IMG/VR virus record: IMGVR_UViG_3300021255_003843
Location: 41,496 to 105,495 of that record
Reading direction: 5' to 3' (one strand)
DNA: 64,000 bases
DNA from: a virus
Lineage: Duplodnaviria; Caudoviricetes
Part shown: piece after piece, positions 55,919 through 64,000 of the stretch
Layout: every line of letters begins with the position of its first letter
Numbering within the stretch: position 1 is the stretch's first letter
The notes under the pieces: generated by a model
The model's input: only the letters and a program-made list of their open reading frames with translations
What the model was told of the DNA's origin: nothing
The model's database searches: none
Program-made: the position numbers and the translations under genes

Positions 55919-58672
55919 ACGAGTACGAAAAGCTATTTAAGCAGTCAAATCCGCCTGATTTCACTCACTACCTACGACCTCCTCACCGAAGAGGAACGCA
56001 CTGTTTACTTCAAGATCGCCGAGCTCAAGAATAAGCTGAACGATCGTACCGGAGAGCGCGAGCAGATCCTTGAACAGAAGAAGATTCTGCAGCAGCAGCT
56101 CTCACAGCTCATTGCCTCCCATGAACATGTACCTCGGTCTGTCAACCTGGATGCCGTGCTCGATCCTACGTTACCGGTGCGCCCGCCGGGGGTTTCCTGG
56201 AAAACTCTCCGGCCTACCAGACGCATCGCCGAGTTCGTGTCCGAAGAAAGCAGGCTCCTTCAGCTGGAGCCTAATGCCATCTCCTTTGACAAGATCATCG
56301 TCAAGTGGAAATCGCTGGACATTCTGCGTCAAATCATACTGAACGGCTTCACCATGCCGGTCATGAATGGGGCGGGAGAGATCGTTGTCAAGCGCTACCG
56401 CTTCCACACAGCCAGCGCGGGACAATTGCGCACCGATAAGGTGCAGTTTATCGCGGAAGACGCCTGGTCCCGCATCGCGCCAGGTATTATGTGCGGTCTG
56501 ACCTGGAACATCATCAACCAAAAAGGCGGCATCAATACCTCAAAGCTGATGGCTTATCTGTCCCTGCCAAGCTCGGCAACCGATCCCTTTGACCTCGACA
56601 TCGATCGCTGTATCGTCGTGGATGATTTTGAAGCGCCTGTTACAGGCATGATGGATTACATTAAGCCGGATTACACGATAGAACGTGGCGTTCGCACAGT
56701 TACAATCAATCATACCGATGGCAGCGGCATGATGCTTCCTTCCGTGTCTCGGTGGAACTTCATGATTCGTGGACCTTGGCTCAAAGGATTGCTCTGTTCG
56801 TTTGACTTCCTGCGCTTCTGCTCTGTCAATCACTGCGAGCCGAAGCTTACAGATGTCTGGGGACAGGAGCATGATTTGATGGCGGAAGATATTCAGGTTA
56901 TCTTCACCAAGAGCCAGCTGAAGCTGTGGAAATACTACGACAGCTGGGATCAGTACAAAACCTGCTTCAAGGAGTGTGGCTGTCACTTCGGTCGCACGAA
57001 TATGGAAGAGGCTTACATCCAAAACTCGGAAACCAACTATCAATTTCTTCAAACACTGGTCGATTTTCCAGACGAAAATCTCAGAGAATTTATCAGGCCA
57101 ACTTATGATCGCATCAAAACCCTGTCAACTGACCGGGAGCACATGCTGCATGCGTTGGGCGCAGATGATTTCTCTGAAATTCCGTACCGAAACGCGCTGC
57201 AAATCTATCCCGAGCTTCTGCGCGAAGCGTATTCGCGTGACTCACTGAAGGCAATCAAGAAACGCTGGACGCTGGACGCCAGGTCTGGCAAGATCCGCTG
57301 TAAAAATAAGCGTCTCTTTGCCATCCCGGATTTCTATGCCGCGTGCCAGTTCTGGTTCCTTCATGAGCAGGAACCCGTGGGCCTTTTGCAGAACGGCGAG
57401 GTGTTCGCAAGGCCTTTTATGCAAACGGATGAGGTTGATGTATTAAGGAGTCCACATCTGTATTTTGAACATGCACTCCGAAAAGTCAACCATGATCCAA
57501 ACATCGCCAGCTGGTTTTATACCAATGGAATTTACACCAGCTGCCACGATCTGATCAGCAGAATCCTCCAATTCGATGTAGACGGGGACCAGCTAAACGT
57601 CCTGTCAGATCAGATCATTTTGAAAGTAGCCAGGCAGAACCTGGAAAAGTACGACATCGTCCCACTATTCTACGACGCCACGAAAGCTCCTCCGGAACAG
57701 GTTACCTCAGAAGCTTTGTTTCACGGCGTCAAGCGCGCGCATGACTACAGCGGCATCGGTCAGATCTCCAACTCGCTTACGCGGCTTTGGAACAGACCTA
57801 ACCCTGATTTTACGTCTGCTGCGCTGCTGTGCTATTACAATAACCTGACGATTGACGGCGCAAAAACCGGGTCCGTCAATTCCTACGACAAATACCCGGA
57901 AATCTCTGCCCGCATTAACAAAGCGATCGGCGGCCCTAATGGGAGAATGCCATACTGGTTTCAGTTCTCCAAGAACGGCCGGCGCGCAGACACGGCTACG
58001 AAAAAGAAGAAGTTGTGCGCAAAGCCTAATGATTCCACGATGAATCGGCTTTGCGCTTTATTTGATGATATAGGAATAATCAATATGAATGCGGCAGGCG
58101 TTCCGCCATTCAACGGCAATATGTTTCTGGAGAATCCGGTCATGGATTATAACGAACAGGCTGTTGAACTTTTTAATACGCTGGACGCCAGTAATCTCCA
58201 GTCTCGTATCGAAGGCGCTTCCATGATGGATATTATGGAAAAGTACAACGCCATCGGCTACGAGGCTTTGAAGGAACTGATCACAGACAAGCTGACCGAC
58301 CTGTGCGGCAGCCTGGAAAACGCTTATCCGTCCATTGCCTACTATCTTTTCATAGGCGAAGGCGCGGACAAAGCTTCCCATAAGCAAATGTTCTGGCGCG
58401 TGTTCGGCGACATCGCGCTGCGCAACCTGAAGTTCAACCTGATGACCTCTGTCTCGTGTCCTCACTGCGGCATGAAACTGCCGGTATGGGAGGAGGGGCA
58501 TGTCTGCTCTCCTGTAGCCCACGGTTTCTTCACCTGTGAAGATTGTGGGCAGTGGTGTCCTCGCACCAACAGCAGGCAGCGCCGCTGTGCCGCATGTCAG
58601 AAGGAGTATCGTAGGGCTTCGCTCGTCGCGCACAATCAGAAGTATCGCGCCATCAAAAAGGAGACGGCCTGA
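55919..58672 (+). CDS. YonO-like single-subunit RNA polymerase with C-terminal Zn ribbons (candidate late RNAP); start uncertain
   Basis: SAGQLR, HTDGSG, FMIRGPWLKG, LRSPHL, QFDVDGD (nt 57575-57589), IGQISNSLT, IDGAKT; CxxC pairs at the C-terminus. RBS AGAAAGGGG sits 7 nt before an in-frame ACG at 55919. Confidence 0.88.
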   Translation, partial: TSTKSYLSSQIRLISLTTYDLLTEEERTVYFKIAELKNKLNDRTGEREQILEQKKILQQQLSQLIASHEHVPRSVNLDAVLDPTLPVRPPGVSWKTLRPTRRIAEFVSEESRLLQLEPNAISFDKIIVKWKSLDILRQIILNGFTMPVMNGAGEIVVKRYRFHTASAGQLRTDKVQFIAEDAWSRIAPGIMCGLTWNIINQKGGINTSKLMAYLSLPSSATDPFDLDIDRCIVVDDFEAPVTGMMDYIKPDYTIERGVRTVTINHTDGSGMMLPSVSRWNFMIRGPWLKGLLCSFDFLRFCSVNHCEPKLTDVWGQEHDLMAEDIQVIFTKSQLKLWKYYDSWDQYKTCFKECGCHFGRTNMEEAYIQNSETNYQFLQTLVDFPDENLREFIRPTYDRIKTLSTDREHMLHALGADDFSEIPYRNALQIYPELLREAYSRDSLKAIKKRWTLDARSGKIRCKNKRLFAIPDFYAACQFWFLHEQEPVGLLQNGEVFARPFMQTDEVDVLRSPHLYFEHALRKVNHDPNIASWFYTNGIYTSCHDLISRILQFDVDGDQLNVLSDQIILKVARQNLEKYDIVPLFYDATKAPPEQVTSEALFHGVKRAHDYSGIGQISNSLTRLWNRPNPDFTSAALLCYYNNLTIDGAKTGSVNSYDKYPEISARINKAIGGPNGRMPYWFQFSKNGRRADTATKKKKLCAKPNDSTMNRLCALFDDIGIINMNAAGVPPFNGNMFLENPVMDYNEQAVELFNTLDASNLQSRIEGASMMDIMEKYNAIGYEALKELITDKLTDLCGSLENAYPSIAYYLFIGEGADKASHKQMFWRVFGDIALRNLKFNLMTSVSCPHCGMKLPVWEEGHVCSPVAHGFFTCEDCGQWCPRTNSRQRRCAACQKEYRRASLVAHNQKYRAIKKETA

Positions 58673-59175
58673 TGTATTATTATCTCGCCATCGTTACCAA
58701 TAAGAACATGCTGCGTGGGAACATTGTTCCTTCCTACATCCTTTGCAAAACTAACGGCAACGCATCGACGCGCTCTCCATGGCGCGTCGTGCGTCCCGAA
58801 AGCGTCGTTGGCGCTATGCCTAAGGTGCTCGTCACAACCTTGGTTGGGCATGAGGAAATGATTGACTTCCTTTCCTGCTACCGCACCAGGGATAAGATGC
58901 ACTCCAAACATAAGCGCAACGGCAAAGCGGCTAAAAAATACTATCCTATAGGCGCTCTGTTTTGGTTCCCGTGCGACATATACGGTTATCAGAGAGGGCC
59001 CGCGCTGTTCATCAAGCGTGTGCCCGATCCGAAGTATGCCAGCGCGACAGACCAGGGCTTCAACCGCCTCAAGGAATTCTGGAATACAAAGCCGCTCATG
59101 AGCGAGGTCTTGAGCAGGGATCGCACGATGTATAACATCGAGTCATCCAACGTCAAGCCTCGTCTCCCACAATAA
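58672..59175 (+). CDS. Hypothetical basic protein
   Basis: Coupled to the RNAP stop; RBS AAGGAG. Confidence 0.6.
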   Translation: MYYYLAIVTNKNMLRGNIVPSYILCKTNGNASTRSPWRVVRPESVVGAMPKVLVTTLVGHEEMIDFLSCYRTRDKMHSKHKRNGKAAKKYYPIGALFWFPCDIYGYQRGPALFIKRVPDPKYASATDQGFNRLKEFWNTKPLMSEVLSRDRTMYNIESSNVKPRLPQ

Positions 59176-59198
59176 CTACAAAAGAAAGGAGTCTTGTA

Positions 59199-59870
59199 AT
59201 GCCCGTAAAGAAAGCTGAAGCGGCCGCAGAAGCGGAACCGCAGACCAAGCGCTCTGTTTTCGACACCCTGAGTCATATCGATGTCAACGAGCATACCGAG
59301 CAGAAGAATGGACTCACCTATCTGTCCTGGGCATGGGCCTGGGGCGAGCTGAAAAAGCGTTATCCCCGTTCCTTCTATACTATTTATCACAACAAGGACG
59401 ATTGGAACTACTTTACCGATGGCAAGACCTGCTGGGTCCGTACCGGTGTCACCGTCGTCGATGAAGAGGAAGCTCAGGAGTATATCGAAGAGCTTCCCGT
59501 TATGGATTTCAAGAACGCTTCTGTTCCGCTGGGTCAGGTTACTTCTACGCAGGTGAACAAGACGATCCAGCGTTCTCTGACCAAGGCGATCGCTCGTCAT
59601 GGTCTTGGCCTCTACATCTATGCCGGCGAAGATTTGCCGGAGGAAACCGAAGAGGTAAAGAAGAAGAAGGCGGACCTGCAAACTGTCATGACTGAGGTGG
59701 ATAAGAAGATCAAGGGGATCATCCATCCCATGTCGCCTGAAGAAAAGCGCCGTTTCGCCGCCGAAAAGGTGGAGCCGGTGCTTGGTATGCAAAACTATCT
59801 GAAATGTGTCGACGTGGATAAGCTGACAAAGCTTCTCGAAACCCTGAGTGAACAGGCTCCCGCAGCCTGA
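59199..59870 (+). CDS. Sak3/Rad52-like single-strand annealing protein (DUF1071)
   Basis: LTYLSWAWAW, LPVMDFKN, QRSLTKAIARHGLGLYIYAGED. Confidence 0.88.
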   Translation: MPVKKAEAAAEAEPQTKRSVFDTLSHIDVNEHTEQKNGLTYLSWAWAWGELKKRYPRSFYTIYHNKDDWNYFTDGKTCWVRTGVTVVDEEEAQEYIEELPVMDFKNASVPLGQVTSTQVNKTIQRSLTKAIARHGLGLYIYAGEDLPEETEEVKKKKADLQTVMTEVDKKIKGIIHPMSPEEKRRFAAEKVEPVLGMQNYLKCVDVDKLTKLLETLSEQAPAA

Positions 59871-59895
59871 TTACATTCGAGAATGGATATATATG
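59869..59895 (+). promoter_or_regulatory. 27-bp motif (copy 4) upstream of the ssb-primase/helicase genes
   Basis: GATTACATTCGAGAATGGATATATATG, identical to copy 3. Confidence 0.7.
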
Positions 59896-59961
59896 AGAAG
59901 GGAACGTTCCCGGCTCATATAAAAGCCACATCCATCGAAATGAAAAAAGGAGATTAAAACA

Positions 59962-60375
59962 ATGGCTAATGATGCAACCGTATTCCTGCATGGCAATATC
60001 GTCCGCGATCCTGAAGTGCGCGAGGTCGGTCCCAACAAGTCCAAGGTAACATCCTTCACTGTCGCCGTCAGCACCACCAACAAGCGTCCCGATGGCACGT
60101 ATGATACCAACTACTATGATGTATCCTTCTGGGGTCCTCGCGGAGAAGCCTTCGCGGAGCGTGCCGGCAAGGGCACGGCGGTCGCCGTTGTGGGCGACCT
60201 GTGTCTGTCCGAATACGTAAGCCAGAAAGATAACCAGAAGCACAGCCGCCTGCGTGTGGAGTGCTATAAGGTTAAGATCACTTCCCAGAAAAAGGAAGCG
60301 GACGGCGCGCAGGCGGCCGCTCGTAAGGCCGCCGCAGCGCCGATGCCTGAAGCCGACGATCCCTTCGGCGGTTGA
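59962..60375 (+). CDS. ssb: Single-stranded DNA-binding protein 2
   Basis: GNIVRDPE, SFTVAV, KGTAVAVVG, tail DDPFGG. Confidence 0.88.
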   Translation: MANDATVFLHGNIVRDPEVREVGPNKSKVTSFTVAVSTTNKRPDGTYDTNYYDVSFWGPRGEAFAERAGKGTAVAVVGDLCLSEYVSQKDNQKHSRLRVECYKVKITSQKKEADGAQAAARKAAAAPMPEADDPFGG

Positions 60376-60512
60376 CAGGCATAACTGATTAAACGAAAAC
60401 AGAGCCGTCCCCGCTTTAGCGGGGACGGCGATGGATACCTAAAGCAGACGAAACGTAATAGCCGACGAAATAAACATTGAAGCTGACGAAAAAGAAAGAA
60501 AGAAGAATCGCT

Positions 60513-62360
60513 ATGGAAAATATTACATCTTCTGTCAAAGCCCTGGCCGCCAAGTATCTGGCTCCTTATCGGGTGCGCAATGGCGAAATTGTTCCGAAAT
60601 ACTGCCCCTTCTGCGGCGGTGGCGATTCCAAAGATCAGGATACCTTTGCAGTAGGTCTGTATAACGGCGCATTCAACTGCAAACGCGGTCAGTGCAACAA
60701 GTCCGGCAGCTTCCGTGAGCTGTGCAATTTCTTCGGCGAGGAAGCGCCGGAAGAAATTGCGATCAGCATGACCAGCACCAAGCCAAGGAAGTTATACGCC
60801 CGCCCCAACGCTGCGGATATTCTGCCCCTGACAGAAGAGGCGATTGCTTACTTCGAGCGTCGGCACATCTCTGTGGATACCCTCAACGCTTACAAGGTAG
60901 GCTGCGATCGTGAAGGCAACATCGTTTTCCCGTTCTACCGGGACGACAAGCTTATCTACGTCAAGTACCGTGAGCCCCGCCGCTACGATAAGGCCACCAG
61001 CAAGCGCAGCAAAGAATGGCAGATGTCCAATACCGAACCCATACTGTTCGGTATGGACATGGTGTCATTCCGCAAGCCACTGGTCATCACCGAAGGCGAG
61101 ATCGATACCCTGTCTCTGTATGAAGCGGGCGTCACCAACGCCGTGTCCGTTCCCGCTGGCTGCAATAATATGGAGTGGATCGAAATCTGCTGGTCATGGC
61201 TTGAAAAGTTCCAGCAAATCATCCTCTTCGGCGATATGGACGACCCGGGCATTGCCATGATGTCCAACCTTATGGCTCGCCTTGGTGAAGATCGCTGCAT
61301 GATCCCTCAGGAATACCCTGAAGCTATTGTCAACGGTAAAGACTACGGCCGCATATGCAAGGATGCCAACGAGATCCTGATCGCCTGCGGTAAGGATACG
61401 CTTCGCGCTCTTGTAGAGCAGTGCGAGCCGGCTCCTGTGCAGGGCATCCTGAACCTGGCCTCCGTGCAGTTTGTGGATCCTACCTCTATCCCGCGCATCT
61501 ATACACGCATTCCTGCGCTGGACAATGCGATCGGCGGCCTGGCTGAGGGCACCCTTACCATCTGCTCCGGTCAGCGCGGTTCCGGCAAGTCCACCATCGG
61601 CGGCCAGTTCTGCCTGAACGCCATCGAGCAGGGTCACTCTGTGTGTGCCTATTCCGGCGAGCTTTCTTCCTACAACTTCCTGCAGTGGATCATGCTGCAG
61701 GCTACCGAAAGCAAGTACATTGAGGTCGCGGTGGATCCTAAGTCAGGTAAGCGCTTTGCCATGGTTCCAAAGGAAATCCAGCAGCGTATCCGCGCTTATC
61801 TGGATGGCAAGTTCATGCTGTTCGATAACACCATCGTCTCCAAGAAGCCCACCCAGGAAGCGATTCTGGATGTATTCACCATCTGCGCTCGCCGCTATGG
61901 CTGCAAGCTGTTCCTGGTCGATAACCTTATGTCCGCCCTGCAGTGCAGCGCCGACGAGCAGAATACCGCTCAGTCTGACTTTGTGAAAGATCTCAAGAAC
62001 TTTGCAACCAAGAATAAAGTAGCCGTCATTCTGGTGTGCCATCCTCGCAAAACAAAGCCCGACGCCGTCTTCTCCAATGATGACGTCGCGGGTTCGTCCA
62101 ACATTACCAATCTGGCTGACAACGTGTTCGCCCTCGAGAAGCCCAACATCCGGGTTACCAAGAACCGTGAGTTCGGCATCGAGCCGGTCATCGCCTGCTC
62201 CTTTGATCCCTGTAATCGCCGCATCTTCCAGACGTCGGCTGGGGATCGCACCGTTTACAGCTGGGATCACTCCGGCATTATGCTGCCCGAGCAGCCCGCA
62301 TGTGAGCTGGCCGAGTTTGCCGTGCATCACGGCGAACCCGTCGGGGAACAGCCCTTCTAA
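60513..62360 (+). CDS. Primase-helicase (Zn finger, TOPRIM, DnaB-like; T7 gp4/Twinkle type)
   Basis: CPFC...C..C, ITEGEID, DMDDPG, KDANE, GQRGSGKST, FLVDNL, HPRK. Confidence 0.92.
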   Translation: MENITSSVKALAAKYLAPYRVRNGEIVPKYCPFCGGGDSKDQDTFAVGLYNGAFNCKRGQCNKSGSFRELCNFFGEEAPEEIAISMTSTKPRKLYARPNAADILPLTEEAIAYFERRHISVDTLNAYKVGCDREGNIVFPFYRDDKLIYVKYREPRRYDKATSKRSKEWQMSNTEPILFGMDMVSFRKPLVITEGEIDTLSLYEAGVTNAVSVPAGCNNMEWIEICWSWLEKFQQIILFGDMDDPGIAMMSNLMARLGEDRCMIPQEYPEAIVNGKDYGRICKDANEILIACGKDTLRALVEQCEPAPVQGILNLASVQFVDPTSIPRIYTRIPALDNAIGGLAEGTLTICSGQRGSGKSTIGGQFCLNAIEQGHSVCAYSGELSSYNFLQWIMLQATESKYIEVAVDPKSGKRFAMVPKEIQQRIRAYLDGKFMLFDNTIVSKKPTQEAILDVFTICARRYGCKLFLVDNLMSALQCSADEQNTAQSDFVKDLKNFATKNKVAVILVCHPRKTKPDAVFSNDDVAGSSNITNLADNVFALEKPNIRVTKNREFGIEPVIACSFDPCNRRIFQTSAGDRTVYSWDHSGIMLPEQPACELAEFAVHHGEPVGEQPF

Positions 62361-62391
62361 TCATTCTACATCGAAAGGAGCGTGGTCTCCT

Positions 62392-63651
62392 TTGGAAGAT
62401 ATCTACGCTCTTCGTCCTGGTGAAATGCAGGACGATTATTTGTATCGTCTCGGTTGCCTGAAAGAAGCCGGGACGATACAGCTCACCTGGCCGGAACTGA
62501 CAAGCGTGCTCAACAGCGTCTTGCGCCAGCGTCTTCCGGCCTGGGACGCCTCCAGCTGGCGCAAGCGCTTCCGCCGTCTGCAAAAGAATCCGCCTGTTCA
62601 CGATAACGCGTCGGAAGAAGAGGCGGAAGACGAGGAAGAAACCATTGACCCGGAAGAACTTCTACCTTTCGAGGAGGAACCAGCCGGTCCCTTCAATCAG
62701 TTGGCGGAGGTGCGCAGGCAGCGGCAGCTGATCCAAGATATCCGTGTCGATCAGAACCGAGTTATGCGTCAGGCCGCACGAGCCGAGTCGCTGCAGGACA
62801 TCATGCGGCAGGAGATCAGGCGCTATGATCCGCCAGAGATCACTGTCGATATAGATCCGTCCGATCAGCGCGCCCTCTATGCGCTGCTGTCGGACGTGCA
62901 CTACGGTATTCAGTTCCACAATAAAGCAGGCAGTTACAGCCCGCAGATCGCCGAGGAAAGGATCATGCTCTACGCGGAGCACATCTGTCAAATCGGTTTC
63001 GCCAACGACATCAGTACGGTTTATGTGTCCCTACTTGGTGATATGATCTCGGGCAATATCCATCAAACCGTACGCCTCGAGAACCGGGAAGACCTGGTAC
63101 GCCAGATCATCGGCGTGTCAGAGATCACCGCGCGTTTCCTGCACCGCCTGTGCGAGCAGTTTGCCGAGGTCTATGTCAACTCTGTGCCAGGCAATCACTC
63201 CCGCATCGATAAGAGCTTCGAGGACGCGTCGCGCGGCGAGAAGCTGGACGATCTCGTGTTCTGGTACTGCAAGACCAAGTTCGAGCATGTGCAAAACATC
63301 TCCTTCATCGAAAACGACATCGATCCAACCATCGGCATGTTCTCTATTGCCGGTAAGAATTACGTCTGTGTTCACGGCGATTTTGACAGCGACCTCGCTG
63401 TCTCCGCTATGAAGATCCAGCGTCTTATCCGGGATCCAATCGACTACATCATGGCGGCCCACCTGCATGTGCCTAACATCAGGCTTGAACACACCGGTTA
63501 TATCCGCAACGGTTCTGTCTGTGGATCTGGTGATGAGTACACCGCCAAGAAGCGTCTCTATTCGCCGCCATATCAGCTGTGTCTTATCGTGTCCGATCAT
63601 GGCGTTGAAAGTCTGCATCCTATTCGTTTGAGTGAGGAGGCTGTGCTGTGA
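62392..63651 (+). CDS. Calcineurin-like metallophosphoesterase/nuclease
   Basis: TTG start after AAAGGAG; LSDVHYG, LGDMISG, PGNHSR, HGD, AHLH. Confidence 0.85.
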   Translation: MEDIYALRPGEMQDDYLYRLGCLKEAGTIQLTWPELTSVLNSVLRQRLPAWDASSWRKRFRRLQKNPPVHDNASEEEAEDEEETIDPEELLPFEEEPAGPFNQLAEVRRQRQLIQDIRVDQNRVMRQAARAESLQDIMRQEIRRYDPPEITVDIDPSDQRALYALLSDVHYGIQFHNKAGSYSPQIAEERIMLYAEHICQIGFANDISTVYVSLLGDMISGNIHQTVRLENREDLVRQIIGVSEITARFLHRLCEQFAEVYVNSVPGNHSRIDKSFEDASRGEKLDDLVFWYCKTKFEHVQNISFIENDIDPTIGMFSIAGKNYVCVHGDFDSDLAVSAMKIQRLIRDPIDYIMAAHLHVPNIRLEHTGYIRNGSVCGSGDEYTAKKRLYSPPYQLCLIVSDHGVESLHPIRLSEEAVL

Positions 63652-64000
63652 GTCTTTTGAAACCGAATCACATCTATTCGTACTCGCAGCTGACATCCTT
63701 TGCGGAGTGTCCTTACTCCTTTTACCTCCAGCGTGTGGAGCACCTGCCTCAGAAGTCTAATGGCTTTGCCGAGCAGGGCACTCTGATTCATGACCTCATC
63801 GACAAGTGGGCAAAGGGCGAGCTCCAGCAGAGCGAACTCGTGCCCGAATATATCAGGCGTTATCCGGAAGAAGTGGTCACACAGTTCCCGCGCATCCTGG
63901 CAGCTAAAGGCTATACAGAAAAGACCTATGAAGCCGGGCTCCGGTATTTCGAGAACTTCGATGCTTTCGAGGATCTTGAAATCATCGGCACGGAAACGGA
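63648..64000 (+). CDS. PD-(D/E)XK nuclease (AddB/Cas4-like), partial
   Basis: Read manually: GTG start after GAGGAGG; YSYSQLTSFAECPYSFYL...GTLIHDLI. Confidence 0.75.
   Translation, partial: MSLLKPNHIYSYSQLTSFAECPYSFYLQRVEHLPQKSNGFAEQGTLIHDLIDKWAKGELQQSELVPEYIRRYPEEVVTQFPRILAAKGYTEKTYEAGLRYFENFDAFEDLEIIGTET

Noticed and set aside
62077-62391. ORF-track N-terminal extension of the phosphoesterase
   Set aside because: Overlaps the helicase in another frame; RBS supports TTG at 62392.

Overview
A 64 kb piece of a large tailed phage (siphovirus-type, SPbeta-like gene content; Bacillota/Clostridia-type RBS and sigma-A signals). Positions 1-36016 are a minus-strand morphogenesis module: terminases, portal, protease/scaffold, capsid, connectors, tail tube, frameshifted chaperones, a 5453-aa tape measure protein, Dit and Tal. 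Positions 36343-64000 are a plus-strand early/middle/replication region. Main points: (1) three single-subunit two-barrel (YonO/RdRP-like) RNA polymerases, one fused to the N-terminus of the tape measure protein; (2) a tightly coupled Ubl-E2-JAB-E1 ubiquitin-like cassette followed directly by a retron-type reverse transcriptase and a downstream msr-msd-like ncRNA; (3) just upstream of it, 13 small SH3/KOW-like paralogs, 12 of which end in a di-aliphatic (LL/LI/IL) C-terminus; (4) two repeated candidate phage promoter classes (a covarying AGGA-loop hairpin x5 and a 27-bp motif x4); (5) host sigma-A promoters making antisense RNAs over early genes, one complementary to the RBS/start of the first RNAP gene; (6) three tRNAs (Asn, Ile-UAU, Gln) and a 193-nt tRNA-like RNA with a large insert. 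All family calls come from motif reading, not database searches.
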